A DNA stretch of 64,000 bases from Octopus vulgaris (lineage: Eukaryota), in assembly GCA_951406725.2 (NCBI GenBank), contig OX597815.1, forward strand, positions 137,764,001-137,828,000, written 5' to 3'. Shown one piece after another: positions 38,171 through 52,900 of this stretch. Below the pieces are notes generated by a model. The model was not told the DNA's origin. It was given only the letters and a program-made list of their open reading frames with translations, and made no database searches. The position numbers and the translations under genes are program-made. Numbering within the stretch: position 1 is the stretch's first letter; every line of letters begins with the position of its first letter.

Positions 38171-39399
38171 TAGGAGAGGATTGCTGCTAGAAGGCAGTTT
38201 ATATATAGTTTAAGGACCTGTAGCTCTAGAGTTTTTTCAGAGTATAGTTGTTTCTTCTTCGGCCGAGTCTGATATGTCTGAAGAAAATAGCTACATGCCT
38301 TGCAGACCACTGGACCAACCTAATTAAACTATGTATGTGGGTGGTGGTGGTGGTGTATAACAAAGTATACAGAAGAAAGAGCATATAAACAGGTAGAAGG
38401 TTTGGCTGTATTAGAAGAAAGTTTTGGTTGTGAAAAGGCTGGGTATCTGAGCTGCTGGTAAAAGTTGTCCTTTTTTATTTTAGCTCTATGTTGCAAAGGT
38501 TAAAAACTATTAAGCTAGTACTTTAAAATGCATTAAAATAAAATAGTTATGTAAGTGTATCACTGTACCTTTCGTAGGATGCAGTTATGGTCAGGTTTTT
38601 CACTTCCATATATTAATAGCAGCAAAAGATTTTTCACCCAACCATGCTTGTTCAGAGCATCTAGATAGAATATACACAGACATTTCTATTCAACAATTGT
38701 TCTATAGTCTTTGAAATTTTCTCCTATATTCTGAACTATCTCCCAATTACTAAATTAAGTTAAGTTTACACATGATCCTGACATTTTATGCACTATTAAT
38801 TTTTTTTCTTACAGCTAACATGGGTGTTTCTTTCACAACTTTCATAATTTCTTCCAAATATACTTCGCTAATGTTGTTCAGCCACCAGTCAGGTCTAATT
38901 GAGTAAAACTATTATCAAAGACATTCCATCCTTATTCACACAGAGTTTCTATGATTGTATCCTGGACAATGTTTTTTTTTAAGACAGTGGGTGACACCTG
39001 GCTCCCATTTCTAGCAGGTTGAGCTACCATATAAAAGCATCTTTTGTTAGCTCATTCTTGCAAAGTTGACAGATTTGATAGAGATACTGGTTTACTGTCT
39101 CCTTTGTTTACAACTTATATGAAATTAACTTCCTGAAGGATTTTCCTAAATTTGTTAGACATTTCGGTATGAAGTGTGGAATCTACGAACAATACAACAC
39201 ACATACAAAAATTAGTCATTTTATTTTATCATGAACCGACTTATTCCAAAACTTGTTTTGGTTTATAGAGGATGTACACCATCTGCTTTAGTTTTGAGTG
39301 TATTTTCTATGTTCCTGTGTTTTACTGTCTTTCTATTTGTAGTGAATACTTTAGGTTGTCATATTTATAGTACCCATTAATTCAAAATTAGATCCAGAA

Positions 39400-40020
39400 A
39401 TAGGCAACTTAATTTTGTCAACAGCTTTCTAACACCAGGCTGGCTGGCATCAACAGATGTGCCTGCATCCTCACCTTTTGGTCCAATGACATGACAGTTA
39501 TTCACCTGTCCAGATACAATAGCATCAACATGTATTCATCATCACCTTTTAGATTTATCAAATGATGGCCCAGAAGCTAGCAAAAGACAGATTTGTGCGA
39601 CATGGCTTTCAGATTCTTTCTCATTTAAGACTTCTGGTCCCTTCCCAAGCGGATTACTACTAATTTCACAGAATCTTTTTACCTGCCATTTCTCAACTAG
39701 GATTGGTCTGTGAATAATGCACCTGCTGATAAAGCCTTCACATTTGCTGTTCAGTTTACTTCCAAGTCTACATACACACCACCAGCAACAGCAACAAGCT
39801 ACTTTCTAAACCTTCCTCAGGTTACTCCCACAAAAGAAGACAATGTATCTGGTTGTGTCACATCTAATAATCTCAAAGTATGGTTCAGCACCAGCTCAGA
39901 GATCTATCTTGACCTCAAGAAGAGAAACTTTTCTAACCCTGCTGACTACTAGCCAATTGTTCTCATTCCTAATATCTCAAGAGTAATAGAGATGATTGTA
40001 AGAATTTCTTCAATGCTCAA
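39400..40020 (+). mobile_element. Decayed LINE ORF2 fragment
   Basis: KKRNFSNPADY*PIVLIPNISRVIE resembles the K.G....P.NYRPISL....SKV.E pre-RT motif. Confidence 0.55.
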
Positions 40021-41716
40021 TTCTTTTAGGGACAACTAGCATGGTTTTAAAAGAGAGATTTGATTGTCTATGTCCTACATCAGTGGTGTCTTTTTTTTTG
40101 GGGGGGTGGGGGGGCGGCAAAAGCAATGCTGTTGCTCTTGATATAAAAAAAATCTTAGACGAGACATACAAGAATAACCTAAGCATACATGATAGATTCT
40201 CACTGCTTCCATAAATAGATATCTCAGAAACATTTTTCAATGAGAACAGGACATCCTAGTTTCTGCCAATTACACAAAGACACAATCACTACACACATAA
40301 AGGGAACAGTTTTGCACCACACTGTCCATTTGTAAATAATAAATTCCTGTGGTATTTGTATCTTAAAATCCATGCTATTTGAATGTTTGAATGGTATACC
40401 TGGATTAATGACTTTGTAGCATACCTCCAGTCATTCTACAGACTATTATCCCTCTCTCTCTTTCGGAGAGGCACTGAGCACCTACACACACACACACACA
40501 CACGGCAGTAACTTCCGCCTACCGAATTCAATCACAAAGCTTCGGTCAGCTCGGGGCTATAGTAGAAGACACCTGCCCAAAGTGCCACACAGTGGGACTG
40601 AACTCGAAACCATGTGGCTAGGAAGCAAGCTCCCTAACCACACAGTTAACGTATCTATTTAATCAGAACTGATGATAAGGTAGAGCAAAGATTTAGATTA
40701 GCACCATAATTTCTGAATTATGAAATCAGGTCAATAAATGTGTAGGCTGCACCTGTTGCCCATAAAGCTATTAATAAAATCATACTCATGGTTACATTTG
40801 TAATGAACTTCATGCATCTAGGTGATGTTTTATTTGTTCATTATTTGCACTGGGTTCTAACAGACCAATGAGGGAACAGTACCTATAAGCCATACATTAG
40901 CTATATAAACAGAAATGGAAGCTATCTCTTTTCTCTCTTTTCTATAAAATTCAGCCAGAGCAAGGAACTAATAAAGAGAGAATTTTCTACTCGTGTTCTA
41001 ACTAGTCTCTAACATCTATATTTTCTACACCTACACATCAATCTTGCCAACCTGATCTCTGGAAAATTTGGCAATCATGGAATTTAAATGTCACATTGAA
41101 AATTGATCAGCTTGATCAAAAAGTAAGCCAAAAATATAATTTAAATGTAAATTTTCCCAAACTCTTTGAGTTGATTTAACCTGCTCCATGCTCATCTCTA
41201 AGGTGGTGCACTGGACAGCAATGTCTCCTCACTATTCAATGGTACACCCTCAGATTTACAGTGATGCATTTATTTCAAAACTTTAGCATTATTACAAATT
41301 AGTGCTCATCCAGAATATTCTGAAGCACTCCCAGGCACCAAAGTCTAGCAGTGGGCCTGCCCTGCTCTAGAACTAACAATCCAAGTCCTTCTCCACCATT
41401 ACCACCTCCACAGTTATAGAGCTTCATTTCTCTATTTGAAGTAGCCTGCATTGGAAAGGAATGAAAGTTGTCCATCATAAAGAAGCAAGCTCGAGGAGAA
41501 GAAAGGCAGTGCGGGGGGGGGGGGGGTAAGTACGAGAGAGAGAGAACAGAAAACATGTAAATCCAGATCCCCAAATTATTTGAGCTATAGAACTTGAGCA
41601 AGGAATCCAGAAGTGAGTTTAATATAGATCAAACTTTCGAGTTTCTCATAAATTAGAATGTTGCAGGGACTGTGAGAATCTAAAAGATGGACTAGCTCTA
41701 ATATGGTAAACTTGGA

Positions 41717-41788
41717 ATAATAATAATAATAATGATAATGATGATGATGATGATGATGACGATGATGATGATGAAGAAGAAGAAGAAG
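41717..41788. repeat. Compound trinucleotide microsatellite (TAA)n(TGA)n(GAA)n
   Basis: Direct reading. Confidence 0.95.
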
Positions 41789-42149
41789 CTTGAAGATACT
41801 CAATAACCTTGATGCTTCAAGTTATTGTTTAAGCTTTGTCATCATAGAAAGATGAGTTCTAAGAGAACACCATATTGATGGAGGCGAGTTATGAAGGAGA
41901 TTTTCAGAGAAGAGATGCATGTAGTCTGCCACTGAGACGAATATTGAGACTATTGCTGTTAAGTATCTGAAGTTTACAATTGGAACCATTAACTGCTACA
42001 CACCGACGTCCATATAAATTAAAGATTAGAGAAATGATTATTAAAAGAAAATATATATGTGTCCATATGTTATAATAACGACAAAATTAATTAATTTTGT
42101 GTAGCAAAATTATTTTTATGACCTTACTTAAAATACGGTAAATTGACAA

Positions 42150-42233
42150 AATTGCAGCAAGCAAACTAAAAAAAATATTCGAACTGCAGATCAACAGGTT
42201 TCTTTAGAAATCGGTTTCTATTCTTGGGTAAGT
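42150..42233 (+). promoter_or_regulatory. Candidate SMCR8 promoter and non-coding first exon
   Basis: Strong donor GG|GTAAGT at 42228 in a locally CpG-richer, repeat-poor stretch; the SMCR8 ATG exon has an acceptor at 49738, implying an upstream exon. Confidence 0.4.
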
Positions 42234-44431
42234 ATTTCACTTAATTTACGTTATTAATGATTTGAGGAAAATAATGAACGTCATTATTTTCAGATTTTAT
42301 GCTAATGTAAGAAACGTATATTTATTGTTTACTTTGAGAATTATTGATCTTCTGTTTGTCAGAAATCACTTTCTCATATTTTATATGCATGCTCTGAATG
42401 ACGCGTTGTTACTCGGAATTCTAAAGCAGGATAGCAAATTGTCGTTGGTCACCGGCAGAAATACTTGATACTTCTGATAATTGACAGTTGTGGGTGGCTT
42501 TAGTTATGAAATAACATATCGTCTGTTTTCTTAATCACCTCAACTGTTTACATTTTTGTAAGTACATGATGCTTATTTTGCTGTCATCTTCCATTCTGTT
42601 ATTGTTGTTTATTTTGTGTTATGACATTTAAGTATTTATATTTTTTGCAGTAACATTCTTTAAAATAAATAGAATCTACAGATGTTGTTAAGATGCCGAG
42701 TTACATTATATTATATTGACACAATAAGATAGAGCTACAGATTTCTAATATATATGCCAGTTGTGGTGTTTCCTACCCAAATAGCCTGAAGCCTGTCACT
42801 TGAACAAAGTGCATCTCTCTACATAATTAGAGTGTACCGATAATTACAGTCTTATTTAATGCTAGAATATATTGTGTAATTATATCTTCTACCAGGCGTA
42901 TAAACGTATTTTCGTGCATTTGATCATGGTAAATATAATTTTGTTAAAAAATTTTTACTAATTCCAAAACATACCATTCCATAGATTTGTCGAGTGGAAT
43001 TTAAGTTTCCATAAATACCTATCTGTAAGTGTAGGCGTTTAAGAGTAACGTGACAGAGTCGGAGGTCGAGAATGGAGTGGTTGCATGAAGCCTAACGATT
43101 TATAAATTGTTGCCAGTTATATTCGGCTGTCTCAAGATAGTCCACATTAATATCAAGCTTAGACCGTGGAAATTCGCCCCCATCACTTTCACGTCCTTTT
43201 CATTTATAATTTACATAAGTGAACAACTACAATAGAAATAAGTTAGAAAGAGCAAACACTCTTTCAATTTACGTATTACAACAGGTAATGTATTTGATTT
43301 TGCATGGACACTGCACTAAACCACATCATTCACTCGATCGATACACAGGAAGGCAATTGATAGATTAGTGTCTCGCAGGGGAAAGCTTTTAAATAGCCTG
43401 TTTCATTTAGAAAATCTATTTCATCTATATGAAATTGTGTTTAATATGAAGCCCAAGTTTATATTTTAAATTGAAACATTAATTTGTAAAAAAAAAAAAT
43501 TCCGAAAACCAAAGATCAAATTATCGTCTGCGTATTTTATGAGTCAGTGCTGAAACTTATTTTCTCTGTTGCAAAAATGGTTGCATTGGCGTTACTTTTT
43601 GTTAAGAGGAGATCATATATGAACTGTTTGATGCCAATATTTCTTATGAGCGAAATCTGTTCGAACTTTAGTTCAATGGGTGACACCTTTCTGCATTTAA
43701 TTTGATAAAAAAAATCGCGAACATTCTGCAGGAAATATTTAATGTATTGGTCACAAATGTGTAGTTTGATTGCTGTTGGGGAATTCAATATTTTCTGGCT
43801 TTTAATTTTTATTGTTTATGTATGCATATTGTTTGGTATAGTTTATCACATAGGTGATGTTGAAGAGGAAACAAGATATTAAAAGGAACAACTTGTTTTC
43901 CCACTCTATAATAAATGAACTTCAGTAAGTTATAGGCTTAGCTAAGCTCTTTTGCTTGATGAATAACCTGTTTACTCTGAGTATAAGTTATATATAAGGC
44001 GTATGTTATGCCCACACACGATCAGTTAACGCTATACAAAAACTTGGTATAATTTATTAACCCACCCAGCACACACTCCTGTTTATGTCCACCCAGATGT
44101 GCACTAATCCAAATTTCAGCTTCATTTGCTGATTGAATGGGCGGCAGTAAGAATGCTCAATACACGTTCTAGAGTATATTAGTTAATTAAAACTGAGTTT
44201 TTATCTTGTGACTAGAGATTCATGCCACTTTGATCTGATTTCTCATTTGAACATCACAGTAACATGAAATTCAAGTCAAGATGAAATTTTAGTTTCAATA
44301 AACTCAGTGTGTGTGTTTGTGTGCCTTTCATACATACTGCCTTAAAATGTTTGCTGAGTACTACTTTTATTATGTCACTGTGGAAAAGAAAGAATACACT
44401 ATGAAAATAACAAAGGACCCTTTTGAAACAA

Positions 44432-45061
44432 AATAATAATGATGAAATTATTGTGTATAGTGCTCAGGTGCACTACAACTCATCAAAGGTGCATGTACAG
44501 TACATAGAATTATGTACAAAAGTCAGGAAAATGAACAGTGTATGAGTCATGATATACATGTGTGCATGCATATGGAGGTTGGGATATCAGGTGTAGTGTT
44601 GGTGAATTTCAGGAAGCATGGCCGTTTTAAAGGATGCAATGTCTTGGCAACTAACAACTGATACAAGTAGTTGGTTCCATGCTTCAGCAACTCTGAGTGT
44701 AAAAAAATGTTTCCAAAAGTCATGGGAGCTGTGCTGTTTACTGACTTTGTAGGCATGACCACATGTGTTATACACATGGAGCTCAAAAAGGTGCTCAAGG
44801 TTGGCATGATGGTTAATAATTTTGTGGGTGTTTACTAAGTCAGTTGCCAGACGTCAGAGCTTCAATATTATCTATGCCCAGAGAAGCAAGGCGTTCAGAG
44901 TATGGTAGATGCCTGATGGAGGGTATTTGCTTGGTTGCACTTCTCTGAACATTTTCCAGGTGGTCAATCTCCTGAGCAAGATAAGGGCTCCAGACTGGTG
45001 ATGCAAATTCCAAGTGTGGCTGCACTATAGCCATATACAGCCTTAAATAGATAGCTGGGTT
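44432..45061 (-). mobile_element. CR1-clade LINE 3' end
   Basis: LYMAIVQPHLEFASPVWSPY...LENVQRSATK and KHFFTLRVAEAWNQL; 3' UTR ending in (ATT)n. Confidence 0.9.
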
Positions 45062-45388
45062 CATTTAGTTTTTGTAGAACAGTTCAGTAAAACTACATTC
45101 CCACTTCTCAGGAACCAGTAAGAATTCACGTAGATATCAGTTGCTCAAGAAATGCAAATACTTTGATTAAACTATAGATGAGAACATCTGCATCAAACTG
45201 ATAAGGAACTGACAGCTTTTAAAATCTAATGATAGTTCTTATAGCAATAGTAGTTGATGGAGTGGGTCATGAAGTAAGTTACCTCTGTTGGAACCTAGAA
45301 ATGTTAGGACTCTTTAGGAAAACCTGGTTCAATTCAGCAGTGGATTGGTGAAAATCTATAGAAAATTAAATTTCATGTGTTATATTTA

Positions 45389-45610
45389 TTTCTTTATTGC
45401 CACAAGGAGCTAAACACAGAGGGAACAAACAAGGACAGACAAAAGGATTAGGTTGATTACATTGACCTCAATGCATAACTGGTACTTATTTAATTGACCC
45501 CGAAAGGATAGAAGGTAAAGTCGACCTCGGTGGAATTTGAACTCAGAACATAGCAGCAGATGAAATACTGCTTAGCATTTCATCCAGCATGCTAATAAAT
45601 CTGCCAGCTC
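45389..45610 (-). mobile_element. tRNA-derived SINE, same family as 62780-63017
   Basis: Colinear similarity along its length. Confidence 0.85.
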
Positions 45611-46119
45611 ATGTCATAAAAGACTTCTTTGTATATTTGACATCCCCAATTTTCAACAGTGTGTATTCAGGAAAAGAAAATGGCCGATAGTAGTGAGCAT
45701 CAGGGACAAAATTAACTTATAGGGAACCCAATTTTGCATATAAGACCTAAAGTAATTATTTTGGGGAAAAACATGCATCTTATATGTCCTCAAATGTAAA
45801 ACACTGAGTCTTACAAAGGAGATGGCTGAAGACCATCTGATACATTGCTATACTCAAGATATCTGGTACATTGCTATACTCAAGAAAACCCACCTGCCAC
45901 AGAAGAATTACTGGTGCCACATAAAAAGCAGTCATGCAGGTGCCACGTTAAACACACCCAGTACACTCTGTGGAGTGATTGAAATTAGGAAGGACATCCA
46001 GCCATAGAAACCAGGTCAGAATAGACCACAGAGACTGGTGCAGCCACTGGCCTTATCAGCTACAGTCAAACTGCCCAACCTATTCCAACATGAAAAATGG
46101 ACATTAAATGATGATGATG

Positions 46120-46840
46120 GCATTTGTTGTGTGAAGAAGTGTCACTCCCTAACAGTGGAAGGAACTCGTGGTAGAGGGAGACCCAGGAAGACATGGGATG
46201 AGGTGGTGAAGCATGACCTTCGAACGTTTGGCCTCACAGAGGCAATGACGAAAGACCGAGAACTCTCGAGATATGCTGTGATTGAGAAGACCCAGCAAGT
46301 AAAGTGAGATCACAGCCATAACCTACATCAGTATTGCATAACCAGCCCATTTAAAAAGTACTTTTGAATTGTCGGGCAACATTCTGTGCTCGAGGAAACC
46401 TATTGAATCAAGTAAAATCAAAATCAAATCAGATGACAATCAAATGGAATTGTAGTTGTGGCTGATGACAGTGCCGCCTGATTGGCTTCCATGCTGGTGG
46501 CATGCAATAAGCACCATGCATGTGTGGGTTGTTGCCACTGCTGCCTGACTGGTTCCCCATGCCAGTGATATGTAAAAAGCACTATCTGAACATGGTCGAT
46601 GCCAGCCTACATGCCCTGACTGGCTCCTGTGCTGGTAACACGTAAAAAGTATCATCTAAACATGGCCAATTCCAGTGCCACCTGACTGGCTTCTTGGAGT
46701 GGTTGGAAGAACATCCAGCTGTAGAAACACTGCCAGATCAGATTGGGGCCTGGTGCGACCTCCTGGCTTGCCAGTCCCCAGTCAAACTGTCCAACTCATG
46801 CCAGTATGGAAAACGGACATTAAATGATGATGATGATGAT
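46120..46840 (+). mobile_element. RTE-clade LINE 3' end with tandem-unit 3' UTR and (GAT)n tail
   Basis: CVKKCHSLTVEGTRGRGRPRKTWDEVVKHDL...DREL C-terminal motif, then repeated units and tail. Confidence 0.88.
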
Positions 46841-48342
46841 CTATGAAATACATGCACACATCTATAACATGCTTACATATCTTATTCACATATGTATACT
46901 CATCTATTAAATACATATATCTGTTGCAGCACACACACACTTGTGACATTTATTGCATACATATATCACATCATGCATAGGAAGTCACAATTTTTACTCA
47001 AGAGTTTCGTATATTTTCAGAAGATAGCATATTAAGTTTTGAAATTTATCATGTACTACATTGAAGTATATATGTACTGAATGTTTATATTAATAAATTT
47101 TGAAATGAAAATTCCATATTTTGGCCTTATCAAATCAGCAGCATTATTTTGAACTCTGTCCTTTTTGATATTTGGTAGTATTTAACTTGCTAATTCAGTA
47201 TTTGGTAGTATTTTTGTCATTGATACAAACATTCTCAAATTACACCCAGCCATTATAGATCTTATCTATATTAAAAAGTGATTAAATTTGACTGAGTTAG
47301 TGTCTACATTACACACCAATGGTCTCTTACTGCTAAATTAGCAAGTTACATAACCCTCCACTCATGTCCACTTGACACATACACCTCTCATCCTCATTTA
47401 AAAAAATCTTTCCCTATTATTCTTCTACATGATTGCATCTCTCTGGGATTCCTTTTTATACACATTCTTCCAGATATTGTTGTTGTGTGTTGAAAATATT
47501 CAAACAGAAAATCAACTAAAGTCTGAGTGGCTTGTACAGATCATGGGTACAGGTCTTCTTCAACATACCAACTAATTAAAAAAACACTTGCCTCACACTG
47601 AATATTACACCACCAACCAACATTTTAAGGCCATTTTTATTGCTAAAGTAGAAGTTAACCTTGAAGGCCTTGCAAACTCTAATCATAATTTCTCTTTTTG
47701 AGGCTGTGTTTCACAGTCAGACACTGTTTGTATTAGCAGCCATTTGAATTGCTTTTTACTCCGTGTAAGCATACATCAGAATACATACAGTTGTAATTAC
47801 TGTTATATTCACAAGTTGTATGTCATAATATAAACTAATTAATTGTTCTAATTCTTTTTTAGATAAAATTTCCAATGAATTTTTTAACAAAAACATTATG
47901 ACATAAGTTAATAAATTTGATAAAATAATATATATATGTAAAATTTAATTAGAGAATATGTTAATCTCATGAAAGGATGGTTTCACCCAAGGAAATAGTG
48001 GTTCAATATTTAGAATTTTTGGGGAATTAATTTCCTTAAAATAATAGGCATGTATAAAGCACATAGTTTATATCCATTTAAATGGAAAAAAAATGGAGAA
48101 ATTGGTCATCTTCGCGTCTTACAGCCATTTCAATTACTACTCAAGTATTAAAAGAAGAAAAGAAAATGGAGATTAAGAAAGTATTAATTGAAATGGCTGT
48201 AAAAAGTGAAGATGACTAATTTGTTGTTAATAATAAACAATTATTAACTTTGTAATCTCCATTTTCTCTTGTTCTTTCATATATATATATATAAAGGTGG
48301 TGCTCCAGTATGGCCACAGTCACTTGACTGAAACAAATAAAA

Positions 48343-48387
<45 letters not shown>

Positions 48388-48633
48388 AATAATAATGATG
48401 AAATTATTGTGTTTAGTGCTCAGATGCACTACAACTCATCAAAGGTGCATGTACAGTACATAGAATTATGTACAAAAGTCAGGAAAATGAGCAGTGTATG
48501 AGTCATGATATACATGCGTGCATGCGTATGGAGGTGGGGATATCAGGTGTAGTGTTGGCGAATTTCAGGAAGTATGGAGGTTTTAAAGGATGCAATGTCT
48601 TGGCAACTAACAACTGATGCAAGTAGTTTGTTC
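48388..48633 (-). mobile_element. CR1 3' UTR fragment
   Basis: Highly similar to 44432-44678. Confidence 0.88.
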
Positions 48634-49754
48634 TCAACAACTTCTACTTTTATTCTAGATCCAATAAGTCATATTTAGTTCATTCTGTTCTCCAACATTT
48701 ATTTTAATATTAGACATGAGTGGACCAATTTAGGCTAGCTGAGGGCATGACAACTTCTATTGTACTGGTACCACAATGAAATCATCAAATACACTCTGTA
48801 AAGTGGTCAATGTTAAGAAGAGCATCTAACCATAGAAACAATGTCAAAATCAGAACGTACAAGTGAGACAATAGGTCCTGACTCCTAAAGGAGGGCAGTA
48901 ACTCTGAAAAAAAAACTGGCTGAGGTTACACTCTGTCCAGCCCATGCCAGCATCAAAAGTAGATAAAAAATGAAGATGATGGTAGCAGTACAGTTTGCAT
49001 TGAATATTGAAAAAAATCACTTTTTAAAAATATTTTCTACAAAATTTTAGTCACTCTTGTTGCCTCAAATAACCATCACAGTAGACCATAGTGTCTGATT
49101 CTTAGCTGTTGGTATATTGCCAAGTGTTCCAAGCAAAAAGAACACATCCACACAAAAACGAGTAACAATGAATATAGAACAGTAACTATTATACTTTGAC
49201 TGAGTTCACTTTACCCACCTCTGCTGTGGCTACCTACCACTAATATCTAAGTGTGTACAGAAATGTCCTGATTGGTGATAGTACATGTCCAGACTGCCAT
49301 GCTGCAACCAAAGTGTGCAGTATAGTTTTCAGCTAGATGAAGACAGGATATGTCTGGGAGGAGGGATCTAAGTTTAATCTCATTGTTCAGCCCTCACATT
49401 TCATAGGCTTACTGTGGCTATGTAACAACTTCATACTTTTAATAATCTTCAGAATTAATTCAATGTTATTGGCAGTTGGGTATCTTAAACTATTTTATTA
49501 TTGTTATGTTACCTTAGGTTCTACCAAATTATTCCTATTTCAAATTTCTTTTGCACAATTTGAAATTATTTTGAAAAGAGGAATAGACCATCTGTATACA
49601 GGGAGTAAAACTGAGGAATATAGTATAGAATAAAAGAGAAAAGTGACAGATTTCTGATTGTTAATTCAAATATTTTAGCTTTTACTTGTAATCTAAAGGT
49701 TAAAAATATATTTACTTTTATATTTTTCACCCCTCCAGTTTTAACATTTGAAAC

Positions 49755-49946
49755 ATGTTTGGATCTACTGTGTATCCACAAGTATCTGAATATAGTGAGA
49801 GAAGAACTTCTATTCGAAATTCTAAAGGATTCTCTTACTTAACACCATGCCCTTCTATAATCCATCCCTGGAATCGTGGGACCAATCTGCTTCAAGACTT
49901 TGTAATGGTCACTGAATTCTCAGAACTTGAAGGACCCAAACCATTA
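49755..49946 (+). CDS. SMCR8: SMCR8 first coding exon (192 bp coding)
   Basis: MFGSTVYPQ...HPW...DFVMVTEFSELEGPKPL|gtaagt. Confidence 0.9.
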
Positions 49947-52900
49947 GTAAGTATGGAATCAACAAGTCATTGTTTTATTTTCTACTTTTAAATATGTTAC
50001 AGATTACACTATTACATATTTTCTGCAGTTAGATTTCATTTTTCTAATGTTAGGATAAACAAGTTGGTTTCCCCTTTTTTTAATTGGAATTATTTTACTT
50101 CACTCATATCGTTTTTGAAGGGCAAAAGAATAAATATTACAGTTTTCATTTACTCTTTTCTAAAAATTTTAGGGTTCATGATTTTTGTAAAAATATTGAT
50201 TACTTTCACTTCTACAATTCTCCATAGCTATTTTCTACCACCTTACAAAATATGTATTTTTCATTTGGCTTAAAGAGTTGAATCAATTATGATATCGAGG
50301 GTCTATTTTCAGTGTGTGTTAATGGTATATTTGCCACTCCCCTTTAAAAGTTATGAAGTAAGCACATTACTTATTTGTTAATTATAATGTTTCATAAACC
50401 TGATAAATAATGTCACTGCTCACATATAGTTGTAGTACCACCAACAAATTTGATAATGAAGAAGTCTTTACATGGTTACTCAACCTTCTAGAAATAACAG
50501 CCAAACCTCTTACAGTACACCTTGTCATAAATAAAGAAAATGTTGGGCAATGTGGCCCTTGATATTCAAAAAAGATAGGATGGTTATGGCTAGATTGCCT
50601 TTGTTTATAGGTTCATTCTGTCAGGGCTGACCTGGGTCTCAATAACAAGTTGTGAGTAGACAGCAACATCTTACCAATGTGAACTCACTAAAAGACTGTT
50701 TTACATTTTCTCCTTTATCTTGACATAGCATTATTATTTAATCTATCCAAATTCTGTAATTTTCAGTTTCCATGTTAAATGAAGAGAAAAATAATTCTCA
50801 GGATAGAACACTAGTTTGTAGAAGGGTAGTGTTTTTCATAGGCAAAAATTCTACTCGTCTCTAAAAGCCATCAATTTTACTATTATTGCTGTTTAAAGAG
50901 GCAATGTAGATAATCTTACAGTTCCTCTCAGAATATATTGAGAACCATCTATTTTGCCACTGACATGTTCTATTACCAGGACAGAATAAATGCCATCAAT
51001 CTCTCAACTGCTTCTTTAGTATTAAAGAAAAAAAGGAAGTTCAAAGGTCCTTCCTTGAGCTATAGGCTCATAAGGCTAGTTTCTGATTCTGTGGTGTATA
51101 TAATCCCTTCCTGGATGGGACACTGGTCCATCACTGGACAACTCATTTTACCAGATGAGTAGACTGGAATAGCATGAAATGAAATGTTTTGCTGAAGAAC
51201 ACATTCCCCTTGTCCAGCAATTGAAACCACATTCATATAATCTTGGGTGCAACACCCTAATCACTGAGCCACATGCTGCCATTCTTGTTTGGTATACTGG
51301 TATTTAATATTCATTATAGAAATAAAACTATGTTTAAGTTTGCCATTTTATAATATTTTGTTCATTATGTGTTTGACAACCTAATTCATTTCATAATATG
51401 TTTTACGTTTTTAATTGACTATTCTATTTTCTCATCTATATTGTTTTTCATTCCTTTTCTATTAAATGATGATGGAATCTATAACTCAGTATTTCACTTC
51501 TGCTTTTTGATGTTGTCATGGATTGGACAGTTTCCTAAGAGATTATTTTGTAGCTAGATGTCCCTCTTATCAACACTTTTAACTGCCTTTTATGAGATGC
51601 AGGGACATTGTATTCCTATTCTAAAATTGGGATAAACACTGTACTAAGTACAGTTATAGCTTCCTACTCTATAAACTTGGGGTATTATGCTTCCATTATC
51701 ATCACTATCAGCAACCATTTTCCTAGTTTTAAGAGCTATTCAGAATTATTTACTCTTGAAGTTCAACTCTAACAAAGCAATTATTTAATAAGAATCGTGT
51801 ATTGTTTTGTTACTATTCCAATCTAATATCTCTGACAATTTGCATTTAATCTAGGTATGCAGCAAAGACATTTTTTTATTAACAAAATTTCTGTTTCTTT
51901 CTTTAATGCTGAAAGTTTTTTTTTCTGCATGTATTTATTTCTATTATTATGTAAATTTCATTGAACTAGTTAAATTTATTTTATAGTTTGTCCAGCCATC
52001 TGAAGGGATTGGTCATTTTGATATCAATGCCTTTGCAGTAAAAATCATGTCTGTTGATCACCAGCCACCAAAAAAGTAAGTGATGGTTTTTTGTATGGTT
52101 TTTTTAAAGTAATCTGACAATATACGATCTGGTTCTCCATCAGTTATGATGATGAGTGTTTCAGTTGATTCAATCAACCAAACAATCTGTTCAAGAAATT
52201 ATTATGCAAGTGGTTAACCCTTTTGTTACTGTATTTATTTTGAGATGGTCTGTGTTTCTTTCAATTACTTTGAATATAACAAAGAATTTAGTAAAATGAC
52301 TTAGTTATCATTAAGCTAGTGTTAGAAACATAAATTGTGACTAAGGTTTGGTGAAAGATTTTAATTCAAAACTTATGAAAACAAGACATTTGTACTCACA
52401 GCAAGAGCTGGTTTCAGCCGGGTTGGTAACGAAAGGGTTAAACATGCCACAGACACATGTATCTTTAACACAGTTCTCAGGGAGATTCAGTGAAAAATAG
52501 AATGTGATAAGGTTGGCCTACTGAACTACAGATACAACCCATTTTGCCAGTTGAATGGACTAGAGCAACGAGAACTAATTGAATTATATAGTATTCAGTT
52601 TCCCATGCATCTTCTTTAATATATATGTACATTATGTCCCTTCAGTTTCTTTTAATGTACATGTTGGTGCCACAATAAAATGCTCCCAGTATACCGTTAA
52701 GTGTAGGGTCAAAAGCACCCTTTAGTCTTGTCATTAGTGTTGGTGCCACAAAAAAAGCAACCTGTAAACTTGGTAAAGTGGTTGATGTTAAGAATGGCAT
52801 CCAGCCAGAGATGTTCTTCCTACCCAAAAGTGAAACTCAAGAGTGAGATGCTATCCTCCAACTTATCTAGGAGAGCAGTAACAGAATGTGCTACCCATGC

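Noticed and set aside
41513-41526. Poly-G run (also 40079-40097) as a G-quadruplex element
   Set aside because: Isolated homopolymer with no supporting context
41585-41803. Poly-His/poly-Tyr ORF
   Set aside because: Translation of the compound trinucleotide microsatellite
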